NCBI GenBank assembly: GCA_963693365.1
Contig: CAVNZM010000001.1
Location: forward strand, 8,324,907 to 8,388,906
Length of the DNA: 64,000 nt
Reading direction: 5' to 3'
DNA from: Amoebidium appalachense
Taxonomy: Eukaryota; Protista; Ichthyosporea
Both the position numbers and the translations under genes were made by a program. Positions 26,762-48,416 of this stretch are shown piece after piece. Position 1 is the stretch's first letter; each line of letters opens with the position of its first letter. Under the pieces are notes generated by a model, which worked only from the letters and a program-made list of their open reading frames with translations, made no database searches and had not been told where the DNA came from.

Positions 26762-28277
26762 ACACAGCCCACCCCAGTGGCACCCTCCAACCACCACCGC
26801 CACTAACACTTTTATCCTGTGGTCCACTCACACTCTCACAGCCAACATCCCGACTCCCTCGTGGGGGCAACAACAAGAAACAGGAGCAACCGACAGCCAT
26901 GTCTGAAAATGAGAACACTGCAATCCACCGTTGATATGAAAGGCGGTTCTGGGGGAGGTTTTGGTGGGGGGGGGGGGGGTGGGGGTGGGGGGGGTAGGTA
27001 GGAGAGAAAGAAGATGGTAGGGGGCGGAGGTAAGTCGATGTGTGCACTCGATAGGTTGGCATGCACGGAGGCAAAAAGATAAAAAACAACAACGCCAACA
27101 AATAAAACAAGAACCGGGGGGTGGGGGCCGGGGGGGGGTGGGTAGGTATGTGGGAGGGATAGCGAGACAGGTAGCACAAGCGCTAAATACCACATCCCCT
27201 CACCCCAGCCCTGAAGCAACACGATAAAAGCAAAGAACAAAAAAAAAAGACAAACAGAAACCAAAGTTTCCAAACACAACAAAGCACAAAAACAAAAGCA
27301 CCAAACCAGAAACTAGGGTGTCATTAAAAAGATATAAACAAGCATCACGCAACAAACAAATGCACACACACCACACTCACCGTTTCAGCCACCCACTCGC
27401 CAGCTCGCACGCCGCCTGCCTCACATCTCCGTCATCATCCTGCAGCAATCCCAACAGCAAACCCCATGCCCCCATACTATCCTCCCCCTCACCCGGCAAC
27501 ACCTTGCACGCCGACATTCCCGCCACAACCGCCGCACGCATATCCATTGGTTGCTCATCTCTCGCCCTATCCGCCCATGTGACCAACCACCAATCAAACT
27601 CTTCCTTTTTGGTCCCATCATCCAATAGCATTCCAGCAACCGCCACCGCCTGTTCCGCCGCCCCGTTGGTTCCCATGCCCTCCTTCCACCATATTCCGCA
27701 GTGAAGCCAAGAGCCTCCCTGCGGCATCCGGGGTGGGAATTCTGTGGCCGTGCGTCGACATATTGTGTAACAGCACCATGCAGGCGTGTAGTACCAGTGG
27801 TGGGGGTGCCGGCCGGCTATTCACCAAATCCACCACCAAGCTTATCACCTGATCGGGCAGGGCCTGGGCTGTAAGGGATTCCGTTGCTGTTTCCAACCCT
27901 GCAATCTGCAGGTTGCTGCACCAGCTACCCAAAAAGGCAACTATCTGGCCCCACAGGTCCGGGCCGGCCAACCCCAACCCGACCCGGTAGGAGCTTAGGG
28001 CCAAACTGCACCGGGCCGCCGCACCGGCCAAGGGGGCCCAGCCGATGGTGGTTGGGGGTGTTGTTGGGGGGTTGGAGTGTAGGTAGGGGTCTAGGAGGGT
28101 GTCCAGATGGGGGTCTAGAAGGGTGCAGAGAGTGGACACTGCTGGGCATGGTGGGCTGGGGCCTGCAGAGGGAGGGTTAAGTGTGTGTGAGAAAATGCTG
28201 GTGTTTACGTGATGCCTCGACACATGTTTATAGCCAAACAATCCCTGCATTTTGGCCTCCCTCTCCCTCCTCCCCCT

Positions 28278-28308
<31 letters not shown>

Positions 28309-28551
28309 ATTCGGAAAAAAGGAACCGACGGACGTCCACCACCTAAATTACGTATACCTTTCTGAGTCCCCCCCCCCCCCCCCCCCCCCCCCACTCCAGT
28401 CCCCCCTCCCTCCCCTCGCTGCCGCCGCCCCCCCCCCCCACCCCCCTTCCTTACACCTTACACCTTACACGCACCCACCCACCACCACCACAAACACACT
28501 GGGACTGATGAAATGTCACGTCTCTCATGGCAACCACCTTATCTTTGCCTA

Positions 28552-28589
<38 letters not shown>

Positions 28590-28665
28590 ACCCCCACCAA
28601 AAAGTACAATGATCAATCAGCTTTCTACAGAAGGAACAAAAAGAAAAAGAAGGTCCCCAAGATCC

Positions 28666-28711
<46 letters not shown>

Positions 28712-28833
28712 CCCTCTTTTGGGCTCCCTGCATGCACCGCTCGCTGCATGCACACAGCCAAATACAGGGTTGGACAACAACACACAACAGCATACAGCCC
28801 AAGCCAAAAAAACCAAACAAACAACCCCCCCAG

Positions 28834-28873
<40 letters not shown>

Positions 28874-30303
28874 AAAAAAAAGAAAAAGAAAAAAAAAAAA
28901 GGGAATGAACGGTGGGAGAGATGACAACATACCGTCCATAATCAATGCCGTAGCCAAATCCAACACCAGCGCCCCGACCAGCGCACACCTTGCCTCCAGC
29001 CGCCACAAACACAGTCCCAACCCCTCAGCGGCCACGCCCACCAACTGATCACGAAGTGGGGAAGGAGAACCACCACCGCCCGTTTTCAGCGTGTGTGCAC
29101 GCAACAACGCCTGCACCTGAAGCAGACACCCGTGTACGTGGTTGGTTGGTGTGTGCCGGTTTGACACAGTGTCGAGAAGTGTGGCGAGGAGGGTGGGTAC
29201 GTCAGGGAGGGGTGCAAGGGGGACGAGGGCGTGTGCTGACATCTGGCGGGTCATGTGGATGGCACTGCCCCCGCATGAGAGCACACCCGGTTGGAGAGCT
29301 GTGGGGCTCAATAGAAGACCATCATCACTCCTGAAAAAAGAAACACGCTAAGTTAGTAAATGGGTTGTAAGGGAAAGGGTGCAGGAGACGTCGAGGAAGT
29401 GGGTGCGGAGAGGGGGAGGGGGCGAAGGGGGGAGGGGGGGGGGGGGGGGAGAAGGAGGGCGAGCAAGAAAGAGGGAGAGAGGGACAGGGAAAAGGTCGGC
29501 GGAGGGTGGAGGATGCCATGGGAAGAGGAAGGGGGATGAAAGATTAGGAGAGAGAGAAAGAGGGTGAGAGGGGCGGACGGAAGAGGGAGTGAAGGAGGCT
29601 CGGGTAGGGTGAGTGAGTGGGTGATTGGGTTGGTGGGTCGGGGGGGGGGGGGGGGGGGGGGGGGGGAGGGGGGGAGGGGGGGAGGAAGAGGGGGAGGGGG
29701 GTCCAAGAAGACAACCAAATGGACAGTACCATGCAAAAGGCTTCATTTACAAGCCACATACAACCATGCATGTGCATCTAGTATGCTACATGACATCCCC
29801 ATCGAGAGTCCTTCTTCCTCTTGTTCTTTTCCTCTCTCTCTCTTTTTGTTTCTTCTTCTTCTTCTTCTTTTTTTTTTTTGGGAGAAGGAGGGGGGGAGGA
29901 GAAGGAGGGGGGAGGGGGTTGAATGTGGAACACGGTACGAAGTATGCATACACGATGAGAAGCATGGTGCAGGACACATGCAAAGGCAAACATTCAGGGG
30001 GGGGGGGGGGGGGGGGGGGAAGGAGGGGGGGGAGGAGAGGGCGGGGGGGAAGGGGCTGCGACCAGAAATGATGAAAGAGTAAGCAGATAGCCCACAAAAC
30101 AACCACACAACGGTGATAATGGTGGTGGTGGTGGTGGTGGTGGTGGTGGCGGTGTGTGTGTGTGTGCGTGCGTCTCTCTCTTTCTCTCTGTGTGTGTGGG
30201 TGTGTGGGGGAGGGGGGGTGGAAGGGGAGGGGGGGAAAAGAACTCCCAGTAGCTTCAGGATTGGAGGTTTGTTGTGGCAATGGTGATGGTGGTAGTGTGT
30301 GTG

Positions 30304-30384
<81 letters not shown>

Positions 30385-30400
30385 CGCCTGTGTGTGTGGG

Positions 30401-30446
<46 letters not shown>

Positions 30447-30472
30447 TGTATGTGTGTGTGTGTGCCTGCCTG

Positions 30473-30508
<36 letters not shown>

Positions 30509-33500
30509 GCCACATGAGTGTCTGTGTGTGCATGTCTTTAATTTCATATGCTGTGCGCGTGCCTGTGGAGAGGTGTGTGTGTGTGTACGGGTAGGGGTTG
30601 AAGGAGAAAGAAAAACCTACTGAGATGAAGGCAACAGTCTCGCCAATATCGCCAACGCCGGGTACAGACTTGGAGGCAAAGCAGTGCTCCCATCCGCCAA
30701 AGCACTCAACATAGCCCCATGAAGCAACGGATAGTCCTGAAAGAACCTCCGTCCACTAATGCTCCCCTGCGCCCACCCACCGCTTCCTGCGGGAGGGGGG
30801 CCGAAAATTCGGGCCAGAAGGGGTCCCAACAGCATTGTCGCGGCGCTACGCACGGCCCAGTTTGATGATTGATAGACGGTCATAGTACCGAGTAGGAGGG
30901 TCTCTACTTGGCTGCATATGGATGATGCTAGACGGGCGTCGCGGCAGAGTGCACGTAGCATGGCTAGGGCGTGCACCTAGAGGTGGGACGGGAGGGGGGG
31001 AGGGGGGAGGCGGGGGAGAGGAGGTATGGGAGGGAGGGGGGCAGGGGAGGTGAGGGGGGTTGGAGGGGGAGGGATGGGGGGAGTGGAAAAGGAAGGAGTG
31101 GGGAGGGTGAGTGGGGGGAGTGAGAAGAAATGTGTTACAAAGTACCACACGAAGTACACAATCACGACGGGACAAAACAAGCAGATCTTGTAAGAGAGAG
31201 AGAGGGGGGGGGGGGGGGGGGGGAGGGGGGGAGGACTGAGGGAGGGAGGGAGAGACAGAGAGAATGTATCATAGATAGAGCCCAACCCCCCCTTTTGGAA
31301 AGGGGGGGGGGGGGGGGGGATAACGTGAAGCAACCAGTGCATTTCTGAATGAGGGCCATGTGTGGCGGTCAGCCCCCTCCCCCCCCCCCCCCCCCCGGGC
31401 CAACCTCCTCCCGTCACTTCCATAGCCACTACGTCAACAAAGCACTCTTGAAACAGACATTTGAAGTGAACACAATCTTGGATCAGAAAAAAAAGCCTTG
31501 CCGACACAAATTGCAGAGCAGTCCATAGTGGAACCGGGGTTGGGGTCACAAAAGAAAAGCCCAATGCATGCACACACGTGAGAGTAGGTAGCTGGGTTGT
31601 GACGTGCAAGAACGTGTGATGTATGTGCTTGAGCGTGCGTGTTTGTGTGGATGTGGGTGCGGGTGTGCATACATGCAGGAGCATACGTGTGTGTACGCCT
31701 GTGAAGGCAACCAAACTACCTTAGTGTGTGTGTATGCGTGTGTCTGTATATATGCACGTGTACTCTTGTTAAGGGGATAGCACCCACCTGAGGCAGAGTA
31801 GTTGTATGCATTGCCGTAGCATCAGCAGGAATCGGCCTCTGAGCAATCTCCATCAACCTCACAAGCAGCCCTTGCATGTCAAACCCATGTGCCGCACCCA
31901 AATGCAACCCTGCACACACAGCAACAAAAGGCAACCCTGCACTTCTCCTTGTAGTCGACGTTTTCCCTTCCACCGCTTCCAAAGTCCTTTCCACCCATCG
32001 CAACGGCGCACTCTTAAGCTCCGTTTCTCCGCACGTCGCCCACGACGCGAAAAGCGACTCGAACCCAACTTTAGCCTGCTCGTACGCACCCACATGCACC
32101 GTATCCAACAACAACGACAAATACCTCTCGCCCAGCCGCGAAAGAACATCCACACCCACCAGCTTTGCTAGCGTGTCTGTTTGCACACATCGGAGCATTG
32201 ACGCCACCAGCATACTACACGCCTGCACTACCTGCCAACAACACGCCAACCCGACTTGGTGAAGTGGCCCCGCCTCTGCCCGACCGCCCAACGCAACATA
32301 TTGCGCAATAACGTCCGCAGGAAGATTCCCCTCTGGGGATGGGTCGCTTATCACAGGGTAAACCAAATCCAGCGCCGTGAAAATGCACCCAACCGCCTGA
32401 CTTAAAACCTCACCCAAGCCCGGCCGGGAGAGATCTTCCGCCGGTAGATCGCCCACCACGTATGCCACGGCGCGTATAGGGCCATGCATTGGGGCTATGT
32501 GCGCCGCCTGTAGCAAACTTGCCCGTGCCACGTCTATATGGGCCCCGACTAACCCCAGCAGCGCCTGAAGGGTGCCCACGGCCCCACCTTTGACCGGTCC
32601 GACCGTAAGACGCCCTGTCCCGTTGTTGTCGTTGTTGGGTACATATTGCACACCCACTTCGCCCTGTCGGTTCACCAATCTCACCAAAAGCGCGCCTGTG
32701 TCGGCGTCGTTCGCGCGGGGGCTGTTTAAAAGCGGCCACGCAGTATCGAATAAAACGTCTGGGCTGGACATGCCGTGTGCCGCGTGCTTCAAATTGCATA
32801 ACAACTGGTATGCATTCTGCCGTATGTCTCCTTGCTGGCTCCCCACACACCCCAGAAGTAAAGGTGCTAGTGCCGGTGCAGTCATCGTACCTAGGCCCCA
32901 CTCTGTCTCCAACACTTGTAACAGTGCCAAAGCCATGCTTGCCGGTGCGTGGGGTACACCGAGACCCAAATTGCTCTGTGCAAGAGCCAAAAGCGAAGAC
33001 ACAAACGTGGGCCCGTGCGCGTCGTTTCCGGCACGCGTGCTGCATCGTGCACGTGCGATTGCTTGACGGACCAATGAAACACAGTCGTGACGGAACGACG
33101 CCGACTCACTGTGCATGTTGTGCAGCAAAGCCCTGGACCCCCCATTGCATGCACGGATGTCAGCAAGCCGTTGGCCCCCCCCCCCCCCCCCCCCCCCCGG
33201 CCACTTTCTCACCCCCAGCCTTCTCTCCCTCTCCCCATCACGAAGCCATCCCCCCCCCCCCCCTCCCCCCCCCAAACACACACACACACAAACACGTACA
33301 CACATGACCCGTGGCTGACTGTGTACTGTTTTCTAAACCCCCCCCCCTCCCCCACCCACCCACCCTTCAACACCCACTCCCACAGCCCGCCCCCCGCCCT
33401 TCACCCTTCAACACATCCTGTATACCGCTCTCTAAATCTCCCTCCATTCCTCCCACCCCTCCATCCCCTCTCCTCCTTCTCCCCCCCCTCTCCCCCTCCC

Positions 33501-34571
33501 CCCATCCACCTAACCCCCACACCCCTCCCCTTCCTTCCCCCTCTTCACCCCCATCCCCCCCCCCACCCCCCCCACCCCCCACCCCCCCTTCCCCTCCTTC
33601 CTTCCAACATGCATACACATCACTCACCAGCGCATCAACCTAGCCTCCTCCTCCGATATTGCCGTAGTCGCCTTTGGTGCACAACAAATCAACCGCATTG
33701 CCGCAAGCACCACGCACGGTGAACCGTGAACAAGCGCCTGTTGCACGGGTGACAATATACTCTCCCGTGTAACGTCGGAACCCAGAGGCCAGGTGTCGTT
33801 GTTGCCAAATAGTAACGTGTGCGGGTGTTGGGGTGATGGTGGTAGTGTGCTGAGCGTTCCCACGACAAGCACGGCGCTTTGTGTGTGCGTGTGTGTGGAA
33901 GGAAGGAAGGTGGAAAGTAGCACGTGTACGGTGTTGGGGCCAAGGGGAAGAAGGACGGGAACAAGAATCTGGAGCAAAGACAGTGTGGCGTTGCTGTCGC
34001 AGTTCAACGCGCATAGTGCACCGGCCCACACTTGAACCACGGCCCTGCAAAAACCAACCACCAGTTAGCATAATGTGTGTGTGTGGTGGTGGTGGTGGTG
34101 TGTGTGTGTTTGGCGATGGGGAGAGTAGGGGATGAGGGTGGGTGGTGGCGGTGGTGGTGGTGGTGGTGGAGGGGGGGGGGGGGGGGGGGAGAGGGGGGAT
34201 GATGATGAATGTGTGTGCGTGTGTGTGTGTGGGGTGGGGGGGAGGAAGCGGTGGTGTGTGTGTGTGTGTGTGTGTGTGTGGATGAGCATGTGGTAGGGTG
34301 GATTTTTTTTTTTTTTTGCAAGGGGGGGAAAAGAGAAGGGATAGGAGTGGGTGGGAATGGGCGGGCAAGGGGCGGAGGAGGGGGTGGAAGCTGTCATTTT
34401 CTTTCAGACAACCCTCGCTGTCCATAGACAAAACCAATCACAACAAAGTGGTTATCTTGCACACGGGGAGCAGGGGGGAAGGGGGAAGGTGTGTATAGGG
34501 GGGAGGGCCACCGAGGAGTGGATGTGTGTCTGTGTGGTTTTGTGTGTGCGTGTGGGTGTTTGTGTGTGTGT

Positions 34572-34602
<31 letters not shown>

Positions 34603-37600
34603 GTTTGAATGCGTCAAAAAGTACGAAGTACACAAGAACAAACGGATAACACGATGCAGAATGCAAGCCATACATAAAGAGTATGCATAATAAGCAGAGC
34701 CCATCCTCAGGGGGGGCCCACGTCATCCACAGTACCCGAGTTTCGACCTATTCCCCTCGTTAACGAAACCCAACTCAGATACTGTTTCACTTGAACATGA
34801 GTAGGTCACCCGTCTTGATCAGAGACGAGCAGGGTTGCTTATGCAGGCAAGGGCAGTGGGAAAGGCCGGGGGTTAAAGTTGCAGCAGTAAGCAGAAGCAA
34901 GAAAAATATAGATAGGAACTCAGGAGACGGGGCTTCTAGGAAGCTCGGGGGGGGGGGGGGGGGGGGTTTGAATGCGGAACACAGTACGAAGTACGCATAC
35001 ACGATGAGAAGCATGGTGCAGGACACATGCAAAGGCAAACATTCAACTATGCAGCATCAGCCATGCGCACAGTATGCGTCATAAGCAGAGCCCATCCTCA
35101 GGGAGGGCCCAAGTCATCAATTGCGTCTGAGTTTCGACCCCTTAGCCCGCGTATATACGACGCTCCAACTCAGACAGCAGCATCAACTGAACTTGGGTGG
35201 GTCAACCCGTCTTGATCAAAGACGAGCAGGGTTGCTTATGCAAGCAAGGTGAGCAAAACGGTGAAGATGTGTGTGCAAACTAATGCAGTGCAGCGACAAA
35301 CGAGGGGTCCAAAAAGAGAAAAAAAGGCAGGCAAACGTACCTTGCAGGATCCGTGCTTCCATCCCTCTGCAATTCCTCGACCCACTTCCTGTTGAACGCA
35401 CCCACAAACGTAGCCATTTCATGTGCTAGGCCCGGCTGTGCATCCACCATCGCACCAACCAAGCACCCAGCCAGCCCCGGGCAGTTTTCCAGAAGGATTT
35501 TTGCCCCGGTTGCAGGTAGCAATAGGGTTAAACAGTCATATTTGGCGCGTAGGCCCCAGTCTAAGCCCAGCACCCGACCAAGAGGCAACGCCGATGCCAT
35601 GTCCTGGCCAATCGCCTGTGTTGCGACCAAAAGACCCTGCAAGATGGAGCGACCCTGGGATGGCGCCAATGTCTCTGGGCCAAGCCATGTGCGACCAAGC
35701 ACATCTACAAGCTGCAACCCCAACCCATCTGCCCCTCCAAGAACCGCCCCCCAGCGTGTCCTCTCGTCCTCTCTCCCGCCATCAACCGCTGATTGCACCG
35801 AACGATTCACCTGTCAAACCCCCACCCCAAACACACGTTACAATCACCATCACAAGCAAACCATGGTCAGCATGCATCCATGTTCTTTTCAACACCACCC
35901 ACCAGATCCATCGCAACCATGACATGCATGCACATGTTCAACGCCACTCACCAGATCCATCCACAGTGCCAATCCTTGCAGCCCGGCCACCCTCTGGCTG
36001 CCATCTGGTGCCGATGCAGCCTCCAGCAAGGGGCCACACAGCCTCATAAGCACACAGGGCCCAGCAGGGGGCCAAGCTGCCAGTTGCTCCAGAGACATCT
36101 CCAAAAGCAGCCCGCGGGGCCATGCTGGCACGGCCCATTATCCGTGACCCTAGCGGGCCAACCACTATATCCCCATAGTGGGCTTGCTCCCCCTCAGCAA
36201 GGGCTAGGGCTGGGGGCATGCCCTCTGTTGGGGTGCCCGGGCAGAGAGAAAGGCCCTGGGCTGCAAGCAAGGCCACGTCTCCCCCGTGCTGGGGGCTGCA
36301 TACGGTTCGGGCCAGGCCCGTTAGAAGCTCGGCCCGGCTGCTCGCTGGCACCTGCACCGCCATACGAAGCAGCGCCCCTAACCCCAGTAGCATATCCTGT
36401 GGTTCCCCCTGTCAGCCAAACCCCCCCCCCCCCTCTCCCCTCCTGTGCACCTCCCACCCCTAACCCCCTTGGGGAAATATTTCATCAACCCCCCTCCCCC
36501 CTCCCCCCCCCCCCCCCCGCCCCCTCTCCGCGAGAGGGGCGTAATAATTGGCTCATGCAGCCACGTACCTTTGTATCCTGGGGAGTACCTTGTGCCGGGC
36601 CATCGCTGCCCAACCAGCGCCCCACACAGGCCACAGCCTCAGGCCCACACCTCTCCACCCATGCCTTCCCTACTTGGCCTGCATCCACCCCCGTCAGCAC
36701 CCTACCCACCCACCCTCTTCCTCCACCGTTCGTCCCCCTGCCCCTTCTCGCCGCACACATACCTTCTTTCTGCTGAGCTACACAGGAGAGGGCGAGCACG
36801 GCACCCGCTGGGCGCACAAATGGGAAATCACCCTGGAAGGCATTGAAAGTGGCGCCGTGCAGCCACTCAAGCACGGGCAGGTCTGGCCGTGAATTGGCCA
36901 AAGCAGCCAAAAGGAGTAAGATGTGGTGGTGGATGGGTGCCGTGGAGGTGACAAGACAAGCTAATGCAAAAACATGCACGGCAGAGGACCACTCGTTGGC
37001 AGCACCCTCCCATTCCTGTGGGGTAAAACTGGCATAGCGGGCTGCAAGGGTCTTGAGTGGTTGCAGCTGGCGCTTCAAAACAGGCTCTCGGGATACAGCC
37101 AGGATCACCTCCACAGTATAGGCGGGGAGAGCAGTTCCAGATGACTGCTTCTGCCCTGTAACCACACTGTTAGTATGGTTGTTTTTTTTTTGTGGGGGAC
37201 GAGTTTTAACCCACACGGAAAGAACCGAGCGCACATGTTCACTGATGTGTTGCCGTGATTTCCGGAAACATGTTTTCACAGGCCTGCTGCAAACACGTAC
37301 GCACCATTGCCTGTCTGTGACTGTAGCTGCGTGACTGTCAAACACACAAACCTTTTGCACGCGCTACCCCCCCCCCCCCCCTCCCTCCCTCCCTCCCCCT
37401 CCCCCCCCTCCCCCCCCCTCCACCCCCTCCTTTCTTACACATGCACACACCCCCTATCTTGCATGGACACACGCCACCTTTCTTGCATGCCCCCCCCCCC
37501 TCCTCTCCCCTCTTGCACGCACACATACCTTCCATCCACTGCATGTGCTTTGGGGCCAACGTCAGGGGCAACCCCACAGGTGGTCTCCTTTGGGGGTTTC

Positions 37601-37750
37601 CCGGCGGATAGAGCCGGAATCGGCCTGCCGCCATGGAGCCGTTGCGTGCAGGCGCCAGCAGGTGGAGAGTGCGTGAAACTTGCTGGCGCTGGACGGACGG
37701 CTGTGCATGCACTTAGCACACAATATGCTCTGCCACTGCACCTGGCGTAG
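25961..37750 (-). CDS. THADA: THADA / Trm732 (DUF2428 ARM-repeat tRNA 2'-O-methylation cofactor), multi-exon; start uncertain
   Basis: Motifs SPEGNLP, HVGAYEQ, TTRRSAGLP, VHALAMLRAL, SSNWAVRSAATML, FFQDYPLL, LYPALAILARL, NHVHGCLLQ, LLQDDDGDVRQAA and NLLFEAEAPN. Stop at 25961. Confidence 0.92.
29706..29775 (-). mobile_element. Diverged fragment, subfamily A-like
   Basis: caaatggacagtaccatgca..caagccacataca..atgcat resembles subfamily A caaacggataacacgatgca..caagccatacata..atgcat. Confidence 0.45.
29919..29997 (-). mobile_element. Poly-C-inserting element, subfamily B, 5'-truncated
   Basis: ttgaatgtggaacacggtacgaagtatgcatacacgatgagaagcatggtgcaggacacatgcaaaggcaaacattca, with G-runs on both sides. 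Confidence 0.85.
31128..31188 (-). mobile_element. Short diverged 3'-end copy of the element
   Basis: aatgtgttacaaagtac..cgaagtacacaatcacgacgggacaa..gcag. Confidence 0.55.
34604..34946 (-). mobile_element. Poly-C-inserting element, subfamily A, includes the structured RNA domain
   Basis: Reverse complement of 49040-49383; G-runs on both flanks. Confidence 0.9.
34967..35302 (-). mobile_element. Poly-C-inserting element, subfamily B, includes the structured RNA domain
   Basis: Reverse complement of ~47433-47768; adjacent to the A copy through a G20 tract. Confidence 0.9.
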
Positions 37751-38587
37751 GTAACAGTAAACTGATCGAATTCTGTGTTTTACCAACTTGTGACTTTGAA
37801 CGATGAACGATTCTTCGACTCTTCAAGCAGTCAAGTGACTACCAGCCGGCGGCCGCGCGCATGTGGGCGGATGATGCAGAAATAACCAATCAGCGATGGT
37901 CACCTATTCAAATAGATCTGGAATCATCTTATGCGCGGGCCCCACCAGGTCAAGGGGCTCAGAAAAACTCCGTCACTTGCGCATGCAAGGCAGGCTGGCA
38001 GGAGCTGGACAGAGATGAGGCTTAGCATTAGGTTTTGGGAAATAGAATGGAAAGAAAACAGCAACAAAACAGTTCATATTTTCCGTACCTGTGGGATTTG
38101 GCACCAAAATCCAGTAACTCCTGCGTTAGGAAGCACACACGGGCATCCCGAGAGGATCCGGAGTTCGAATAATGCGTTCGGAGTGTATTTGCACGTTCAG
38201 AATCAGCAGCGCAGGCACCTAGCGCAGGCATTGCTCATGCATCTTTTATGTACATTCCACATCCGGGTTTCTACCTGATATATATACAGCTTTTATTTTG
38301 TGTACGCCAGACAGCACGAGTGGAACCAAAAATAACATACAGATTACATCAGACCAAGAACTCATATCCCTGTTTGGTTCGAAACCTGACTCAATTGAGA
38401 CCAACAATATGATGCTGTTCTCAGTGACTAGTTTAAAGTGGATCCTCTTTATACAAGCACATACACAGCCACACAGAACCTATAGCTACTCTGTGCTTTC
38501 CGTCCAAATAAAAACACACACGCCTCCCATCCCAACAGATTTAATACATGTACCAATTGTCACACACATCCACCGCCATTCTCATGT

Positions 38588-40798
38588 CTAATCTTTTTGT
38601 ACATTTGCAGAAACTGTACCGTCAGCCAGCACTCTGAGTGTGTTCATGTACATGTATCGTGACCACCACACATACAGCCGTCTGAACCACACCAGCTGGC
38701 TGGCGTGCTGTTTCATGGCCCTCTGTGCCTGCAGCACCTGTGCGGGGGAGGAAAACACAACGTAGGGACTAGTAGCACAGGGTCAGTATCCATCCTGGGG
38801 CGCACGAGAGAAAGATGTTGGAAAATATTCTATAGCAGACGAAAGTGAATGGGAATGAATCGACCGTGGTGAGAAACTAGGCACTCTACAGTGGCCGACT
38901 AAACGCATGGTTTAACTTTCCCAACATATATACTGTCTGAGAAGTTAATGGTCCTTTAGCATGAACCCGAAAAAAATGGACGGGATTGCAGTCGAAAAAG
39001 GGATGATCCTGTGAACAGAATGAGCCACAGAGAACGTAAGAAGACCACCGAAGGTACAGTGATGGATTGACAAATGAAAGGGTAGAGTGGGTTCAGGGTG
39101 AGGGGTCAGGGGGGGGAGGGGGGGGCAAGAGGGGGAGGAGGTAGAGGGGGGGTTGCAGGAAGGCAAACTGTGCACCGTGCTCCTGAAAAGTCCCGGACTA
39201 AGATAAGAACCGTTATGGGGCAAGCCTAACAACAGAAGCGCGATTCGGTGGTGGTGGTAACCGTAACTTCTCCCGCAGGGAGGGGAGGGGGGAGGGGGGA
39301 GGGGAAAGGGGGGCGGGGGGCGGGGGGCAGGGGAGAAAGAGGGAGGGAGGGAGGGGGGGGGGAGGGGGGAGGAGGCGGAGGGGAGAAGGGGATACCCATA
39401 CGTTAGTGCGGACAGGGGGGCATCTAAGTAGGCGATATACTTGCGCAGTAGCCCGGTGGACTCAAGACACAAAGCAGCAACACCAGCAGGCAGCTGCTGC
39501 TTGTCCACTAGCAGCCTGAAAGGGGAGCGGAGGGGGTGGTTACCGTAGGTGAAAGAGTAAAGGAAGAAGGGTGGAGGGGGGAAGCACGAAGGGAAGGATG
39601 AGGAAGTGGTAGGGGGTCCCCAGCAGGTGGGGGAAGGGGGTGAGAAGGGGTGGGGGGAGGGGGGGGGGGGGGGGGGGCTGCTTACTTAAGGCCGTGGTAC
39701 AAGGCACGATGGTTGGCATGCCCTGACACCCCACCCTCATCAAACGTTATAACCTGTAAACCTGCCGTCAGCAACCCCCCCACCCCCTCCCCCCCCCTCC
39801 CCCCCCCTCCCCCCCTCCTTTCCCTGTGGATTGACCCCACACCCACCCACCGCGCCTATGTTGCGTTCGTTTATTGCAGGGAGCAACACAGCAGCAACAT
39901 CCTCGGCTGGCCACACGTTGGTGGGGTTGTCTGGAAACCGACTGCAGCCCGCCCAGTCAGTAATCTTCTCCCCCCTCCCCCCCTCCCCCTGCCCCTCTCC
40001 TTTCCTCTCCCCCCGTCCCGCCTCCCCCCAGCCACCCACCTGCCACCAACCACCCTGACCCTGTCTGGGGGTATGCCCAAAACATTGCAGCTGGCCGTCA
40101 GCTCCTTCTCCCGCACCTTGCCTTGCCCGTCGTATTCCCCTGCCAACCAATGTGCGTCACCTAATCTTGCAGCAAGATTTCCCCCCCCTCCCCCCCCCCC
40201 CCCTCCCTCCCTCCCTTCCCCCCCCGTTTCTTTACCCCCCCACCCCCCTCAAGCTTACAGCTCAACTCCCGCACCAATACCACTACTTTCCCTTCAAAAA
40301 AATCTCTTACCTTGCGAGAGGCACAGTACCGACACTTTGAAATCTTGCTGCAGGCCCAGCACAGTGGGTGCAAAGAACATGCACTCGTCATCTGGGTGGG
40401 AGGTCACCAGAAGAACCTCATCTGACCGTTTTTGAAGTGCTGGTCTCTGAGTTTCCAATCAGCATTTCTAAGACCCCCCCTCCCCCCTCCCCCTCCTCCC
40501 CCCCCCCCCCCCCCCCCCCCCTTCCCCTCCCCCTCCCTAACATGCACACACCGTCTCCCAAACTGCCCCCCACCACCCCCGCACTCACACCTGCACCTGC
40601 ACAGATCTGCACACACCTGCACACACAAGCGCGCACACACACAAACGCAGAACCACGCACGCACACACGCGTGCACAAAGGCGCACACACCTTTGCCTGG
40701 GCGAGATGCACGCTGAACACCAGCAGGCAGAAAAGGTTCACTGCCACCACCACACCCTTGAGTGCCCACTCTATGTCGTCCCACCCAAGCTCCTCCAT
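38588..40798 (-). CDS. PIGL: N-acetylglucosaminyl-phosphatidylinositol de-N-acetylase (PIG-L/GPI12), about 7-8 exons
   Basis: N-terminal TM segment; [66 protein letters not shown]. Stop at 38588. Confidence 0.95.
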
Positions 40799-41213
40799 CC
40801 TGCCCTGTCAGCCTCCCCCGGGCGCTCTAATAAATAAAGTTATTGGCAGCAAAAAACCTCGATTCTGGGCTTAAGAATCTAAATAAAAACCATTTCGTCC
40901 GGGAATACCTTTTTCAGACTCCACTGCTGTACATAAGGCCTTGTCAAACGTTGAAGCACAGCCTGAAGCAGGTGAAGGGAGGGCTAAAGCAATAACCTTA
41001 TAAGGTAACTACCAAGATGACGACTGGCGCGAACTGATGTGATTGGCTAACGTTTGGCCCAGCAACCAACCATTTTGCAGTAAATTCTGTGACTCGTGTC
41101 ATTTCAAATCGCACTCACAGCTCACACTCATTCTTTTTAGTTTTTTTTTTTGTGGTGTATTTGGGACACAGAAAGCAGGCTTTTTTTCGTTTTTCCTCAT
41201 ATAACCTTTGAAC
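40799..41213. promoter_or_regulatory. Compact divergent promoter shared by PIG-L and SPP, with a CCAAT box
   Basis: Head-to-head ATGs about 415 bp apart, repeat-free spacer, GATTGGCT at 41041-41048. Confidence 0.55.
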
Positions 41214-48189
<6,976 letters not shown>

Positions 48190-48369
48190 GGTGGGTGGGT
48201 GTGGGGGGGAAGAGGAGGGGGGGGAGGGGGTAGGGTGGTGGTGGTGGGGGGGGGGGGGGGGAGGGAGGCGGGGGGCGGGAGGATGAGCGTAATGTAGCTT
48301 TATCTGGCTATGGGTGTTTTGGTGTGTGTTTGCGAGTGGGTGGGTGGGTGGGTGGGTGGGTGGATGGGT

Positions 48370-48416
<47 letters not shown>

